Shown here piece after piece: positions 47,585-57,262 of a stretch of DNA of 64,000 nt. The DNA is taken from positions 2,976,001 to 3,040,000 of the forward strand of contig OY760505.1 in the NCBI GenBank assembly GCA_963663545.1. The letters run 5' to 3'. The notes under the pieces were generated by a model. The model worked only from the letters and a program-made list of their open reading frames with translations. It was not told the DNA's origin and did no database searches. This DNA is from Candidatus Delongbacteria bacterium. Its GTDB lineage: Bacteria; CAIWAD01. A program made the translations under genes and the position numbers. Positions within the stretch are counted from its first letter, which is position 1. The number at the start of each line of letters is the position of its first letter.

Positions 47585-49747
47585 ATGTGGACAGGACGGA
47601 GCTTTATCGAGACAGGGATTGCGCCGGGACTGTTGGCGCTGAGTCTTCTGCTGACAAGCGCGCAGGGTCTGCATGCAGAATGGACTCGAATGGGCGGCCC
47701 CACGCTGCCGGAAGTCTCCGAGTTCGTCACACACGCTGGCCGGCTTATCATAGGCACCGACTACAACGATCATGGCGAAGTCTTTGTATCACAGGATAAC
47801 GGATATACTTGGAGCAATGCGGGACTGCCCAATGGCGGCGTCAGCTGCATGCTCTCGCATGACAACGAGCTCTTTGTCGGCGGTTATCTGACAGGCATCT
47901 ACCGCAGCAGCGATAGCGGAGAAAACTGGGAGCAGATTGGTGCGGAGCTTGGTTTCAATTCCTCGGTAGAAGCGCTGATTGCTCTTGCTGACGGAAGTCT
48001 GTTGGCGGGTCTGGACGACGGCTTTGCACAGCCGCTCTTTCGTTCTACCGATGGTGGTGACACATGGACGGCGCTTGAAGGAGCACCCAGTTTGCGCTGT
48101 TACACACTGCTTGAGACGGGCGGAGTGATTCTTGCCGGCGGAGAGACCACGGGCGTATGGCGCTCCGTTAACGGTGGTGATACATGGGTGAGCTCATCCA
48201 GTGGTCTGCCGGAATCCGCATCCGTTCACGCACTGGCCGAGCAGGATGGAGTTCTCTACGCTGCGGCAGGCTCGGTCATGAATCGACAGAAGGTCTATTG
48301 CTCGGAGGATGCGGGCCTGAGCTGGACACTGCTATCCACCAATCTGCCGGAGTTCTGGAATGTGAAGGTGCACGATCTGCTTGCCGTAGGCGATGACCTG
48401 TACTTGGCTGCATCTGCGATCTCTGGTGATGAGGGCTTGTATCACAGCAGCGATGGTGGCTTCAGCTGGGCGCGAATCAACGAGGAAATCGCGGGTGAAG
48501 CCGGTGTGAGCGCCATGATTCAGCTAGAGGACACGCTGCTGATCGGCACCGAGTACGGAGTGTTTCGCTCCGCTATTGCTGCAGTCGACTGGCAGGCTTC
48601 TTCCACCGGAGCCTCGGGCGTCTGTGGAGGCACGGCCACTTTCTGGACCGGTGACCGCCTGCTGGTGGCCAATGATCAGTCGTCGCTGACTCACTCGGGT
48701 CTGCAGCACACCACAGATTTTGGTGATACCTGGACTGCTGCCGAGGGCGAACTGGCTGCAACTACTGCTGTGGACTTCCTGCAGTTGGAAGCTGCTGTGT
48801 ACGCCGCCTTTTACGGTTTCTCACGTGGTGTCGGTGTGTCACAGGATGGAGGCTTGAGCTTTTCCGCGACCGGTACCGGCATGGACAACAGTGTAGTGCT
48901 GAAATGCCTGGCCATGAGTGATGATGGTCTGTTGGCGGGCTCCTGGACCGGGCTCTGGCGGCTAAATGCGGACACGGCTTCCTGGTCGCTGATTTCTAAT
49001 CCAGGTGTGGTCTACGATCTTGTCACGCACGAGGGCTGGATCTATGCGGGTCTGTATCCAGGCGGCGTGATACGTAGCCAGGACGGCGTCAACTGGGAGA
49101 GCACCGGTAGCGGACTGGCGGAAACAGAGCGCGTCAATGATTTGCTTCAGATCGGTGATACGCTTCTTGCCGCACTGAATAGTAACCGCGTGGTGCGGCT
49201 AGTGGAGGGAGTCTGGGAAGACATCGAGTTTCCCGCGGCCACTCCGGTTGCCCTGGCGGAGGTAGGCGGCACGCTGCTCGTCGGTTGTGGGCTGGGTGAG
49301 ATCTGGGTCAAGCCGGTAACGGGCGAGTGGCAGCTTTTCGACGATGGCTTCTACAGCCTTTCCTGCACGGATCTGCAGATCGCAGGAGATCGCTTGGTGT
49401 TGGCAACCCGGGGCGGTGGCTTCTGGACGCGGCCTCTGAGCGAGGTCCCCATTTCTACCGATCTGACCGCAGCCTTAGTGAGCGAGAGCGGCTGGAATCT
49501 TCAAGCCTGGCCTAATCCTTTCAATCCCTCCACGAGCATCCCCTTCACGCTAATGGATTCGCAGCAACTATCGTTGCGTATTTATGACCTGCAGGGGCGC
49601 TTGGTCCAAACCTTGGCAGAAGGTGTCTTTTCCGCCGGTAGCCATCGCGTTCAGTGGCAGCCGCAAGGTATCGCCAGCGGAGTTTATGTGATTCAGCTAA
49701 GCGGCGTGTCACACCGTGAGTCCATTCGAGCTACGCTGCTGAAGTAG
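47585..49747 (+). CDS. Secreted BNR/Asp-box beta-propeller protein with C-terminal sorting domain
   Basis: Signal peptide, repeated SxDxGxTW boxes, and C-terminal AWPNPFNPSTSIPF...ASGVY...TLLK. Confidence 0.92.
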   Translation: MWTGRSFIETGIAPGLLALSLLLTSAQGLHAEWTRMGGPTLPEVSEFVTHAGRLIIGTDYNDHGEVFVSQDNGYTWSNAGLPNGGVSCMLSHDNELFVGGYLTGIYRSSDSGENWEQIGAELGFNSSVEALIALADGSLLAGLDDGFAQPLFRSTDGGDTWTALEGAPSLRCYTLLETGGVILAGGETTGVWRSVNGGDTWVSSSSGLPESASVHALAEQDGVLYAAAGSVMNRQKVYCSEDAGLSWTLLSTNLPEFWNVKVHDLLAVGDDLYLAASAISGDEGLYHSSDGGFSWARINEEIAGEAGVSAMIQLEDTLLIGTEYGVFRSAIAAVDWQASSTGASGVCGGTATFWTGDRLLVANDQSSLTHSGLQHTTDFGDTWTAAEGELAATTAVDFLQLEAAVYAAFYGFSRGVGVSQDGGLSFSATGTGMDNSVVLKCLAMSDDGLLAGSWTGLWRLNADTASWSLISNPGVVYDLVTHEGWIYAGLYPGGVIRSQDGVNWESTGSGLAETERVNDLLQIGDTLLAALNSNRVVRLVEGVWEDIEFPAATPVALAEVGGTLLVGCGLGEIWVKPVTGEWQLFDDGFYSLSCTDLQIAGDRLVLATRGGGFWTRPLSEVPISTDLTAALVSESGWNLQAWPNPFNPSTSIPFTLMDSQQLSLRIYDLQGRLVQTLAEGVFSAGSHRVQWQPQGIASGVYVIQLSGVSHRESIRATLLK

Positions 49748-50021
49748 GAAGGCTTCGTCTTCGACAGAGCTAAACCGCGCTAACTGTCCACCAGGCTCGA
49801 CAACGAGAACTGAGTTTTCGTCCAGGACGGAGTTCCGGGAACCGAAGACGGGCCTGAAGCGTGACCCCGGCAGGGGGTGGGCGGTGGCGCGCGGCGATGG
49901 CAGAGATCCCGAGCACAACTCATTTCACAGTCCAGATCGTTGGAGCCGGAGCGATCGGGCAGCAGCTGGCTCCGATGGTGAACTCGATTCGCCACCGATC
50001 CTGCCGCGAAACGACAGGCAC

Positions 50022-50229
50022 CGATACCGATACCGATCCGACCGGCACGGTCGGCAGCGATACCGATACCGATCCGACCGGCACGGTCGGCAGCGATACC
50101 GATACCGATCCGACCGGCACGGTCGGCAGCGATACCGATACCGATGCCAATGCCGATAGCGATCCGACACAAAGTGTCGGCAGCGACGCCGATCCGACCG
50201 GCACGGTCGGCAGCGATACCGATACCGAT
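50022..50229. repeat. 36-nt tandem hairpin array
   Basis: Unit CCGACCG-GCA-CGGTCGG-CAGCGATACCGATACCGAT. Hairpins at 50038, 50074, 50110 and 50194, with variant CCGACAC-AAA-GTGTCGG at 50164. Confidence 0.92.
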
Positions 50230-50307
50230 GGGAGGGGAGATACAGCTCGGGATTCTATACCTTTGTAGCTACTGAATCAATGGCTTGTCACACGCGCAGG
50301 AGTAGCT

Positions 50308-51150
50308 ATGCCCGCATGTTTCGGACAAGTGACCCTTGGGGTCTTCACCTTCACGCCCAGTGGCGTTGTTGTGCTGCTGACTGTGTTGTTGATGGTGGCC
50401 CTGCTGGTCTATTTCTTTCACCTGATCCGGCGTGATCCAAAGCGCATGTTCGTGCGCCGCATCGCCGGTATTGATGCTATCGAAGAGGCCGTTGGCCGCT
50501 GCACGGAAATGGGCAGGCCGATCCTTTACGTACCCGGCATCGAGGATATGCAGGATATCCAGACCATCGCCTCGATGCTGATCCTGGGCAAGGTGGCCGA
50601 AATGGCTGCGCGCTACAAGACCGAGGTCTTCGTTCCCTGCCGCATTCCCTTTGTAATGAGCGTGGCGGAGGAAATGGTACGCCAGGGCTTCTATAACGCG
50701 GGCGTGCCTGAGGATCACCGGCCGGAGAACATGAGCTTCATCTCCGATGAGCAGTTCGCCTTCACCGCCGGTGTCAACGGCATCATGCTGCGTGAAAAGC
50801 CGGCGGCCAATCTCTTCCTCGGTCGCTTCTTTGCGGAGAGCCTGATTCTGGCGGAGACGGGCTTCGAGGCCAAGGCTATTCAGGTGGCGGGCACAGCGGA
50901 GGTAACACAGCTGCCCTTCTTCATTGCCGCCTGCGACTACACCCTCATCGGCGAGGAACTCTTCGCCGCCAGCGCCTATCTGAGCCGTGATCCAAAACTG
51001 CTATCGAACCTCAAGGCCACTGACTGGTTCAAGGTCATCTGCATCGCTGCAATGGTTCTGGGCAGTCTCTTCCTGACACTGGATTCTCTGGGCTTCCAGC
51101 CCTTCGGCTACTCGCTGGCGAACGTCGTGTCCTGGTTCGAAATCGGTTGA
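50308..51150 (+). CDS. Uncharacterised membrane protein (DUF6754-like), operon gene 1
   Basis: N- and C-terminal TM helices. VRRIAGIDAIEEAVGRCTEMGRP and QLPFFIAACDYTLIGEELFAASAYLS. AGGAG SD. Family recalled from memory. Confidence 0.88.
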   Translation: MPACFGQVTLGVFTFTPSGVVVLLTVLLMVALLVYFFHLIRRDPKRMFVRRIAGIDAIEEAVGRCTEMGRPILYVPGIEDMQDIQTIASMLILGKVAEMAARYKTEVFVPCRIPFVMSVAEEMVRQGFYNAGVPEDHRPENMSFISDEQFAFTAGVNGIMLREKPAANLFLGRFFAESLILAETGFEAKAIQVAGTAEVTQLPFFIAACDYTLIGEELFAASAYLSRDPKLLSNLKATDWFKVICIAAMVLGSLFLTLDSLGFQPFGYSLANVVSWFEIG

Positions 51151-51180
51151 TAGGCCCACCACACCTGGAGTGATACATCT

Positions 51181-51801
51181 ATGAAGAAAGAGATTCCGCT
51201 GATTATCGCCTTCCTGCTGGGAGTGTGGATGATCCTCGAGAATTTCATGCCCGGCGTCCCCTGGGTCAACGAGGCCAAATCGGTGATTACCAATGGCGGT
51301 ATCATCATCATGGCTTTCACCTGGGTTCTGGGCTTGTACAGCATCGTCTTTGTCAACGTGCGCAAGATCCGTGCGGGTCGCGATGTGATACACAAGATCG
51401 CGCTGCTCACGGCCATGACAGGCATGGCGCTCGCCGGCTTTATCTGGGGACACGTCGAGGGCACGCCCTTTGACTGGCTCTATCTGCACCTCTACGTGCC
51501 GTTGCAGGCGACCATGTTCAGTCTGCTGGCCTTCTACATCGCCTCCGCCGCCTTCCGCGCCTTCCGCGCGCGCAGTCTGGAAGCCACGCTGCTGCTGGTC
51601 TGTGCCACGTTGGTGATGCTGGGCCGCATTCCGCTGGGCGAGAAGATCTGGAGCCAGTTCCCGACCATTTCCGTCTGGATCATGAATTTCCCCAACCTGG
51701 CGGGCAAGCGTGCGATCCTCATCGGCGCCGCCCTGGGAGCCATCTCCACCGGCCTGCGTGTGATCCTGGGCCTGGAGCGCAGCTACCTGGGAGGTGAATA
51801 A
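51181..51801 (+). CDS. Uncharacterised polytopic membrane protein, operon gene 2
   Basis: About 6 TM helices. PLQATMFSLLAFYIASAAFRAFRAR and GLRVILGLERSYLG. Confidence 0.88.
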   Translation: MKKEIPLIIAFLLGVWMILENFMPGVPWVNEAKSVITNGGIIIMAFTWVLGLYSIVFVNVRKIRAGRDVIHKIALLTAMTGMALAGFIWGHVEGTPFDWLYLHLYVPLQATMFSLLAFYIASAAFRAFRARSLEATLLLVCATLVMLGRIPLGEKIWSQFPTISVWIMNFPNLAGKRAILIGAALGAISTGLRVILGLERSYLGGE

Positions 51802-52655
51802 TGAGAGCCCTCATGCGCTTTATGCACGCCTTCCTGCATCTCGATCGGCGATGGATCTTCCTGCTGATGGCCGTCTGCATGCTGGTGCCGTTGCTGCTGC
51901 CCATCGGTCTGCCTTTTACGCCGGACCCGGAAGTGGAGGCGCTTTACAACGCCATTGAGCATTTGAACGAGGGCGACATCGTCATTATCAGTGCCGACTA
52001 CGATCCCGGATCCAAGCCGGAACTGCAGCCCTTTACTGAAGCGCTTTTCGTGCACCTTTTCCGTAAGAAACTGCGTGTGGTGGCGGGCTCCCTCTGGCCG
52101 GCGGCTCCGCCGCTGGTGAACGAGGCCATTGCCAAGGCGCTAGCCAATCCGCAGGTGGATTCCACCGCCATCGTCGAGGGCCGCGACTACATCAACATCG
52201 GCTACAAGGACGGTCGCCAGTTGGTGATGCTGGGCATGGGCGAGAACATTCACGAAACCTATCCGCGCACCTACGACGGTACGCCCACCTCTCAGGTGCC
52301 GCTAATGCGCGAGGTAAAGAAGCTGGGCGATAGCGACCTGTTCATCAATGTGTCCGGCGGCAGTCCGGGAACCAAGGAGTGGGTGGAAGTGGCCCAGGCG
52401 CGCTTTGGTCTGCGCATGGTTGCCTCCTGCACGGCGGTAATGGCGCCCGACAACATTCCGTACTACGAGTCAGGACAGCTCGTCGGGCTGGCGGGTGGAA
52501 TGAAGGGCAGTGCGGATTACGAATACCTGGTGGGTGTCACGGGCACTGCGACCAAAGGAATGGATGCGCAGAGCTTCGGTCACATGCTAATCATCCTCTT
52601 TATCCTGTTGGGTAACGTGGCCTACTTCATGACGCGGAAGAAGGGGGTGCGCTGA
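51801..52655 (+). CDS. Uncharacterised membrane-anchored protein with large soluble domain, operon gene 3
   Basis: DRRWIFLL TM, DYDPGSKPELQP, GLAGGMKGSADYE and MDAQSFGH followed by a C-terminal TM. TAATG coupling with gene 2. Confidence 0.88.
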   Translation: MRALMRFMHAFLHLDRRWIFLLMAVCMLVPLLLPIGLPFTPDPEVEALYNAIEHLNEGDIVIISADYDPGSKPELQPFTEALFVHLFRKKLRVVAGSLWPAAPPLVNEAIAKALANPQVDSTAIVEGRDYINIGYKDGRQLVMLGMGENIHETYPRTYDGTPTSQVPLMREVKKLGDSDLFINVSGGSPGTKEWVEVAQARFGLRMVASCTAVMAPDNIPYYESGQLVGLAGGMKGSADYEYLVGVTGTATKGMDAQSFGHMLIILFILLGNVAYFMTRKKGVR

Positions 52656-54556
52656 TGATCGAGTTCTTCTCCCTGGAAAACCTGGCGGGGCTGCTGACCT
52701 GCTTCGCCACGCTGATGATCTTCAGCTTCCTCTATCGCGATAATCCTTTTTACAAGTTCGCCGAGCACGTCTTTGTGGGTATGGCCACGGGGTATCAGGC
52801 GGTGCTGGTCTGGTTCCAGGTCATTCGCCCTAACCTGGTGGAAAAGCTGCTTGTACCCGAGGATAAAGTGCGCTTGTCCCTGCTAAGCGATGGCGGCCTG
52901 GATCCGCAGAGCTACATGGATCACGTCATCAGTTTCGCCGAGCGCATGCACTACGCAGAGTGGATCTACCTGCTCTTTCTTGTGCTTGGTCTGATGATGC
53001 TGTTCAAAGTCAGTGATCGCCTCAACTGGGTCAGTCGCTGGCCCTTGGCTTACGTCATCGGCGCCTTCGCAGGCATTCAGGTGATACAGGCCACACAGGG
53101 CTCGTTGATTCCCCAGGTGCACGCTACCATGAAGGATTTCACCGGCCAGGCCACCATTGTGGAACTGCTCGACAATAGCGGTCTGATGCCCGATGGCGAG
53201 TTCCAGTTGCGCGCGCAGCAAATCGACGACTATTTCAGTGGCATGCTTTTTCGTGATCCACAGGCGCAGGATTCCACGGTTTTAGTGCGTGAGCGCGATC
53301 GTCTTGTGGCTGGAATGCGTAGCGCCGTTGATGCGGATCTGCTACACAATCAACCGCGTGTGTCACTGGCACAGATGCGGGTTGCCGGTTATGCGCTTGC
53401 GCAGCAGGGTGATGTGCTTGAATCCGCTCTTTGTGATACATGGGGCGGACGACCGCTTGAAAGAAGTTTGCTGATGCTGATGCATCCCGAGCAGGATGAT
53501 GTCGCACTTGGCGAGCTGGAGCAGAATCTGCGTGCTACAGACGAGTTGCGTACTACAATTCTGGCTGGCGTGACACAAGAGCAGTTGAGCTCTGTGATTC
53601 TGGCACATTGGCAGTCGGTGCTTTACAGCGATATGCTTCGGGTCAGGCTCGAATCCGCCGAGTTTCGCAAGGCTTTGGCGAACCGTTGGCAGCCCACCGC
53701 TGGTGCAACAGCAGGAGAGCTTGCCCTGGCTTTCTGTCGCCCCAATGGCCGCCCCAGCTTGCTGGAAGCCTACAAGAGCGAAGGCTTTCCCGATGCCCAG
53801 CAACCAGATTGGCAAGCGATGGAAACCAATCGCATTGTCGATTCTTTGATGACCCAGGTCAATTCGCGTCCTGCGCGTCTCGCCGAGTGGCGGGCGGATC
53901 AGATCTCTGACTTGCGCGCGCGTATCGGTGATCAGCACGCTGACCTGGCAAAGGACTTTGAACTGCGCATGGCAGCGCTAGACGAAAGCCTGTCCGGTCT
54001 GAGTCCTGAGCAAGCACTGGTGATACGCAATCAGGCACGTGATACATGGTTGCGCAGTCTGCTAGATGAAAAAGCCTATTTCTATCAGAGTCTGTTGACC
54101 CGCGCAGTGCAGATCTACTGCAACCACGATCTCACTCTTCCCTTCAGCCGCGAACAGATGAAACAGCTGCGCCAGCACCCGAAGGAGACCCTGGCTTACA
54201 GCGACAACGCCATCAGTGCCAAAGCCATGCGCTGGCGGATGCTGGTCGAGATCCTTTCCAACCTGCTGGTGGTCATCGGCGTTTGCACGGGCGTTTTCTA
54301 CTTCTTCTTCTCAAAGAAGCATGTGGGCGCGCTGGGTGTGGCTTCCAAGGTGGGCATCGCTTTTCTGATGATGTCCTTCGGTGCCAGCTTCGGCTACACC
54401 GTCATGGGTCGTATCAGTTTGGCCATCGGGCGATTCCAGGATTTGCTGGCCTATCCGAAGATGGCGGTCTTTGCCTTGTTGGTGTTAGTCGTGACGCTGG
54501 CCCTCTGGGAGAAGCTTAGGAAGAAGCGTGAACCGGCCGGACCGGGTGCACGTTAA
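52655..54556 (+). CDS. Uncharacterised polytopic membrane protein with large soluble insert, operon gene 4
   Basis: FSFLYRDNPFYKFAEH, SRWPLAY and YFFFSKKH...FLMMSFGASFGYTVMGR. TGATG coupling with gene 3. Confidence 0.88.
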   Translation: MIEFFSLENLAGLLTCFATLMIFSFLYRDNPFYKFAEHVFVGMATGYQAVLVWFQVIRPNLVEKLLVPEDKVRLSLLSDGGLDPQSYMDHVISFAERMHYAEWIYLLFLVLGLMMLFKVSDRLNWVSRWPLAYVIGAFAGIQVIQATQGSLIPQVHATMKDFTGQATIVELLDNSGLMPDGEFQLRAQQIDDYFSGMLFRDPQAQDSTVLVRERDRLVAGMRSAVDADLLHNQPRVSLAQMRVAGYALAQQGDVLESALCDTWGGRPLERSLLMLMHPEQDDVALGELEQNLRATDELRTTILAGVTQEQLSSVILAHWQSVLYSDMLRVRLESAEFRKALANRWQPTAGATAGELALAFCRPNGRPSLLEAYKSEGFPDAQQPDWQAMETNRIVDSLMTQVNSRPARLAEWRADQISDLRARIGDQHADLAKDFELRMAALDESLSGLSPEQALVIRNQARDTWLRSLLDEKAYFYQSLLTRAVQIYCNHDLTLPFSREQMKQLRQHPKETLAYSDNAISAKAMRWRMLVEILSNLLVVIGVCTGVFYFFFSKKHVGALGVASKVGIAFLMMSFGASFGYTVMGRISLAIGRFQDLLAYPKMAVFALLVLVVTLALWEKLRKKREPAGPGAR

Positions 54557-54562
54557 CGGAGG

Positions 54563-55570
54563 ATGACGATGCGTTTGCTGGTAACCGGCGGAGCCGGATT
54601 TATCGGAGTCAATTTCATTCGCCACCTGCTGGATCACGAGCCTGATCTCAGCATCATCAATCTTGATGCGCTGACCTACGCTGGTTGTCGTGAGAGCCTG
54701 CAGGATCTTGAGAGCAACGAACGTTACGAGTTTGTGCACGGCAACATTCTTGATGAGAGCCTTGTGCGCCAGCTTGTATCACGCGTAGACGGCGTAGTCA
54801 ATTTTGCCGCAGAGTCGCACGTCGATCGCAGTATCACAGATCCAGATGTCTTTCTGCGCACCAACATTCTAGGGGTGCGTGTTCTCTTGGACGCCGTGAA
54901 GCACGAGGCCGCTTCAGGCCGTAAACTGCGCTTTCATCAGGTAAGCACCGATGAGGTCTACGGAGACTTGGGCAGCGGCGGCGGCTATTTTCGCGAGGAT
55001 ACTCCACTGGCGCCCTCCAGCCCCTACAGCGCCTCCAAAGCCTCAGCCGATCATTTGGTCATGGCATGGAAGCGCACTTTTGGTGTGGACGCCGTTATCA
55101 CGCGCTGCAGCAACAACTACGGTCCTTACCAGTTTCCCGAGAAGCTGATTCCACTGATGATCTGGAAGGCGGAGCACGACGAGTCGTTGCCGGTTTACGG
55201 CAAGGGCGAGAATGTACGCGACTGGCTCTTTGTAGAGGATCACGCCAGCGCCATTTGGACCGTGTTCCAGCAAGCCCAGAGCGGAGCTGTTTACAACGTG
55301 GGCGGAAACAGCGAGTGGAAGAATCTGGATCTGGTCAAGCTTCTGCTCAAACAGCTGGGCAAGCCCGAGAGTTTGATACGCTTCGTGCCCGACCGTCCGG
55401 GCCACGATTTACGCTATGCCATTGATGCGTCACGCATTGCGCGGGAGCTGGGGTGGAAGCCGCAAGTGACTTTTGCCGAAGGTATGGAGCGTACCATTGC
55501 CTGGTACAAGTCGCACAAAGACTGGTGTGAAATGGTGTTGAACAAGACCAAAGCTCATTGTGAAGGATAG
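54563..55570 (+). CDS. rfbB: dTDP-glucose 4,6-dehydratase
   Basis: TGGAGFIG, FAAESHVDRS, STDEVYG, PYSASK and DRPGHDLRY. Confidence 0.96.
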   Translation: MTMRLLVTGGAGFIGVNFIRHLLDHEPDLSIINLDALTYAGCRESLQDLESNERYEFVHGNILDESLVRQLVSRVDGVVNFAAESHVDRSITDPDVFLRTNILGVRVLLDAVKHEAASGRKLRFHQVSTDEVYGDLGSGGGYFREDTPLAPSSPYSASKASADHLVMAWKRTFGVDAVITRCSNNYGPYQFPEKLIPLMIWKAEHDESLPVYGKGENVRDWLFVEDHASAIWTVFQQAQSGAVYNVGGNSEWKNLDLVKLLLKQLGKPESLIRFVPDRPGHDLRYAIDASRIARELGWKPQVTFAEGMERTIAWYKSHKDWCEMVLNKTKAHCEG

Positions 55571-57194
55571 CATGAACAGTTTTCGGTCCACGATCCTGAT
55601 TGTCTTGATGACGATGATGGCTGGCCACTTAGTGGCCGCACAACCGGCCAGTCAGCTCAGCCGTTTGCAGCGCAACCTGAGTACGAATTTTCAAATGGAC
55701 GAACTAGCGCCCACTTTGCCTGTATCACGCCCAACGCTCTCTGCTAAGGCGCAGCCCACAGCTTTGGATGGCCCGATTGATCCTACAGAGTACATCCTTG
55801 GCCCTGGCGACTACCTTGGCCTGATGTTCTACAACGTGGCGCGCACGCGCTATGATTTGATCGTTGAGCCGGACGGTGCCGTTGATTTGCAGTCTCTGGG
55901 CCGCTTTCAAGTAGCCGGCATGAGTCTGGCAGAGTTCGAGACGCGTCACACGGGTACTCTGTGTCACACGCATGCGGCAGATAGTCTGACGCTTTGGGTG
56001 ACACAGCCCCGTAGCATCCGTGTCTGGGTTGGTGGCTTGATCGAGGAGCCCCAGACCTTGGAGATGAGCTATCTCTCGCGTGTGGGCGATGTCTTGGGCC
56101 AGATCCATTTGCTGACTCCGGAAGGGGAGGAGACGTCCCGTGATTCACAGGTCTCATTGCGCCGTGTGCGTGTGATGCATCAGCAGGACACTACTTTCGT
56201 GGATCTGGGGAGCTTTTACCGTGCGGGTAATCTGAAGGACAATCCTCTGCTTGAGGCTGGCGATCGCGTCATTTTCGATCGCCGCGGCTTCAGTGTCCGT
56301 GCATACGGTCCTTTTCGTCAAGGGGATGGCGAAATGGAATGGGTGCCGGGTGATACGCCAGCCAGTCTAGTAGCCTATATGGGCGGTATCGTGGACAACG
56401 CAGAGGGCGGTGAGTTTGAATTGGTACGAGAAGATTCGGCGGGGAGCATCATTTTCCAGGAGCGCTTCCGTGATACAGATGCCGCCTACAGCGAGTTGCA
56501 GGTAGAGCCTCGCGACCGTCTTTTCTACTATGCACCCGATCTTCCCGGGCGAACGATTCGATTTGGAGAGGTTTACCTCTACGGAGCGGTCGATCATCCC
56601 GGTTGGTATCCGCTGGATGCCGGACAGAGTCTGGGTAGTGTGCTTGATCGCGCCAAGCCTAGTGTTGACGCCGACCTCTTTGCTCTCCGCGTCTATCGAC
56701 AGCAGGAGCTGGAACCCGAGATCGAGTACTACAACCAGATCGATGCTCGCACCATGATGGATTACTACGAGCGCGGATATCTCAAGGCGCGATTGCTAAG
56801 CGATGGCGGCAAAGTCGTGCTGAATGAGGCTGAGCTCCGCCAACAAATTCTTCGAAGCGGCGATCGTATTCTGATTCCGGCCTACACCAACGACGTGGAG
56901 CTTGTGGGGGGTGTGATACGCGAAGGTCATCAGATGTGGCATGAAGGCTGGAGTATTCGCGACTATGTGAAGGCAGCCGGAGGAAAGAGCAAGGGCACAT
57001 GGCTCAGCCGTGTCCGTGTGCGACAGCGTGGAGAGGATGCCTTTGCCGTTATGTCTCCGCGCTATCAGCCCAAGCCCGGTGATATTATCTATCTGCCCAT
57101 GCAGGAGCCGATGACGCCCTACCAGTATTTCAAAGAAGGTTTGACCATTGCGACGCAGGTGCTGACCGTGTATTTGATAGTCAGTGGTAATTAG
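55560..57194 (+). CDS. Polysaccharide export protein with SLBB domains (Wza/KpsD-like)
   Basis: Signal peptide, YILGPGD, GAVDHPGWY, YVKAAGG and PGDIIYLP. Start may be 55572. Confidence 0.85.
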   Translation: MKDSMNSFRSTILIVLMTMMAGHLVAAQPASQLSRLQRNLSTNFQMDELAPTLPVSRPTLSAKAQPTALDGPIDPTEYILGPGDYLGLMFYNVARTRYDLIVEPDGAVDLQSLGRFQVAGMSLAEFETRHTGTLCHTHAADSLTLWVTQPRSIRVWVGGLIEEPQTLEMSYLSRVGDVLGQIHLLTPEGEETSRDSQVSLRRVRVMHQQDTTFVDLGSFYRAGNLKDNPLLEAGDRVIFDRRGFSVRAYGPFRQGDGEMEWVPGDTPASLVAYMGGIVDNAEGGEFELVREDSAGSIIFQERFRDTDAAYSELQVEPRDRLFYYAPDLPGRTIRFGEVYLYGAVDHPGWYPLDAGQSLGSVLDRAKPSVDADLFALRVYRQQELEPEIEYYNQIDARTMMDYYERGYLKARLLSDGGKVVLNEAELRQQILRSGDRILIPAYTNDVELVGGVIREGHQMWHEGWSIRDYVKAAGGKSKGTWLSRVRVRQRGEDAFAVMSPRYQPKPGDIIYLPMQEPMTPYQYFKEGLTIATQVLTVYLIVSGN

Positions 57195-57262
57195 TGTTGT
57201 TAAGCAGCAAGGCTGTGTCACGCCTTTTAGTGTGATACAGCCTTTTTCTTTTTGGGGCTGGT

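Noticed and set aside
50022..50229. CRISPR array interpretation of the 36-nt repeats
   Set aside because: No unique spacers (linkers are repetitive) and no cas genes.
49861..50268. 135-aa ORF with TGTVGSDTDTDP repeats and overlapping repeat ORFs
   Set aside because: Several frames are open only because the repeat lacks stops. No clear SD or signal peptide, and variation preserves hairpins.
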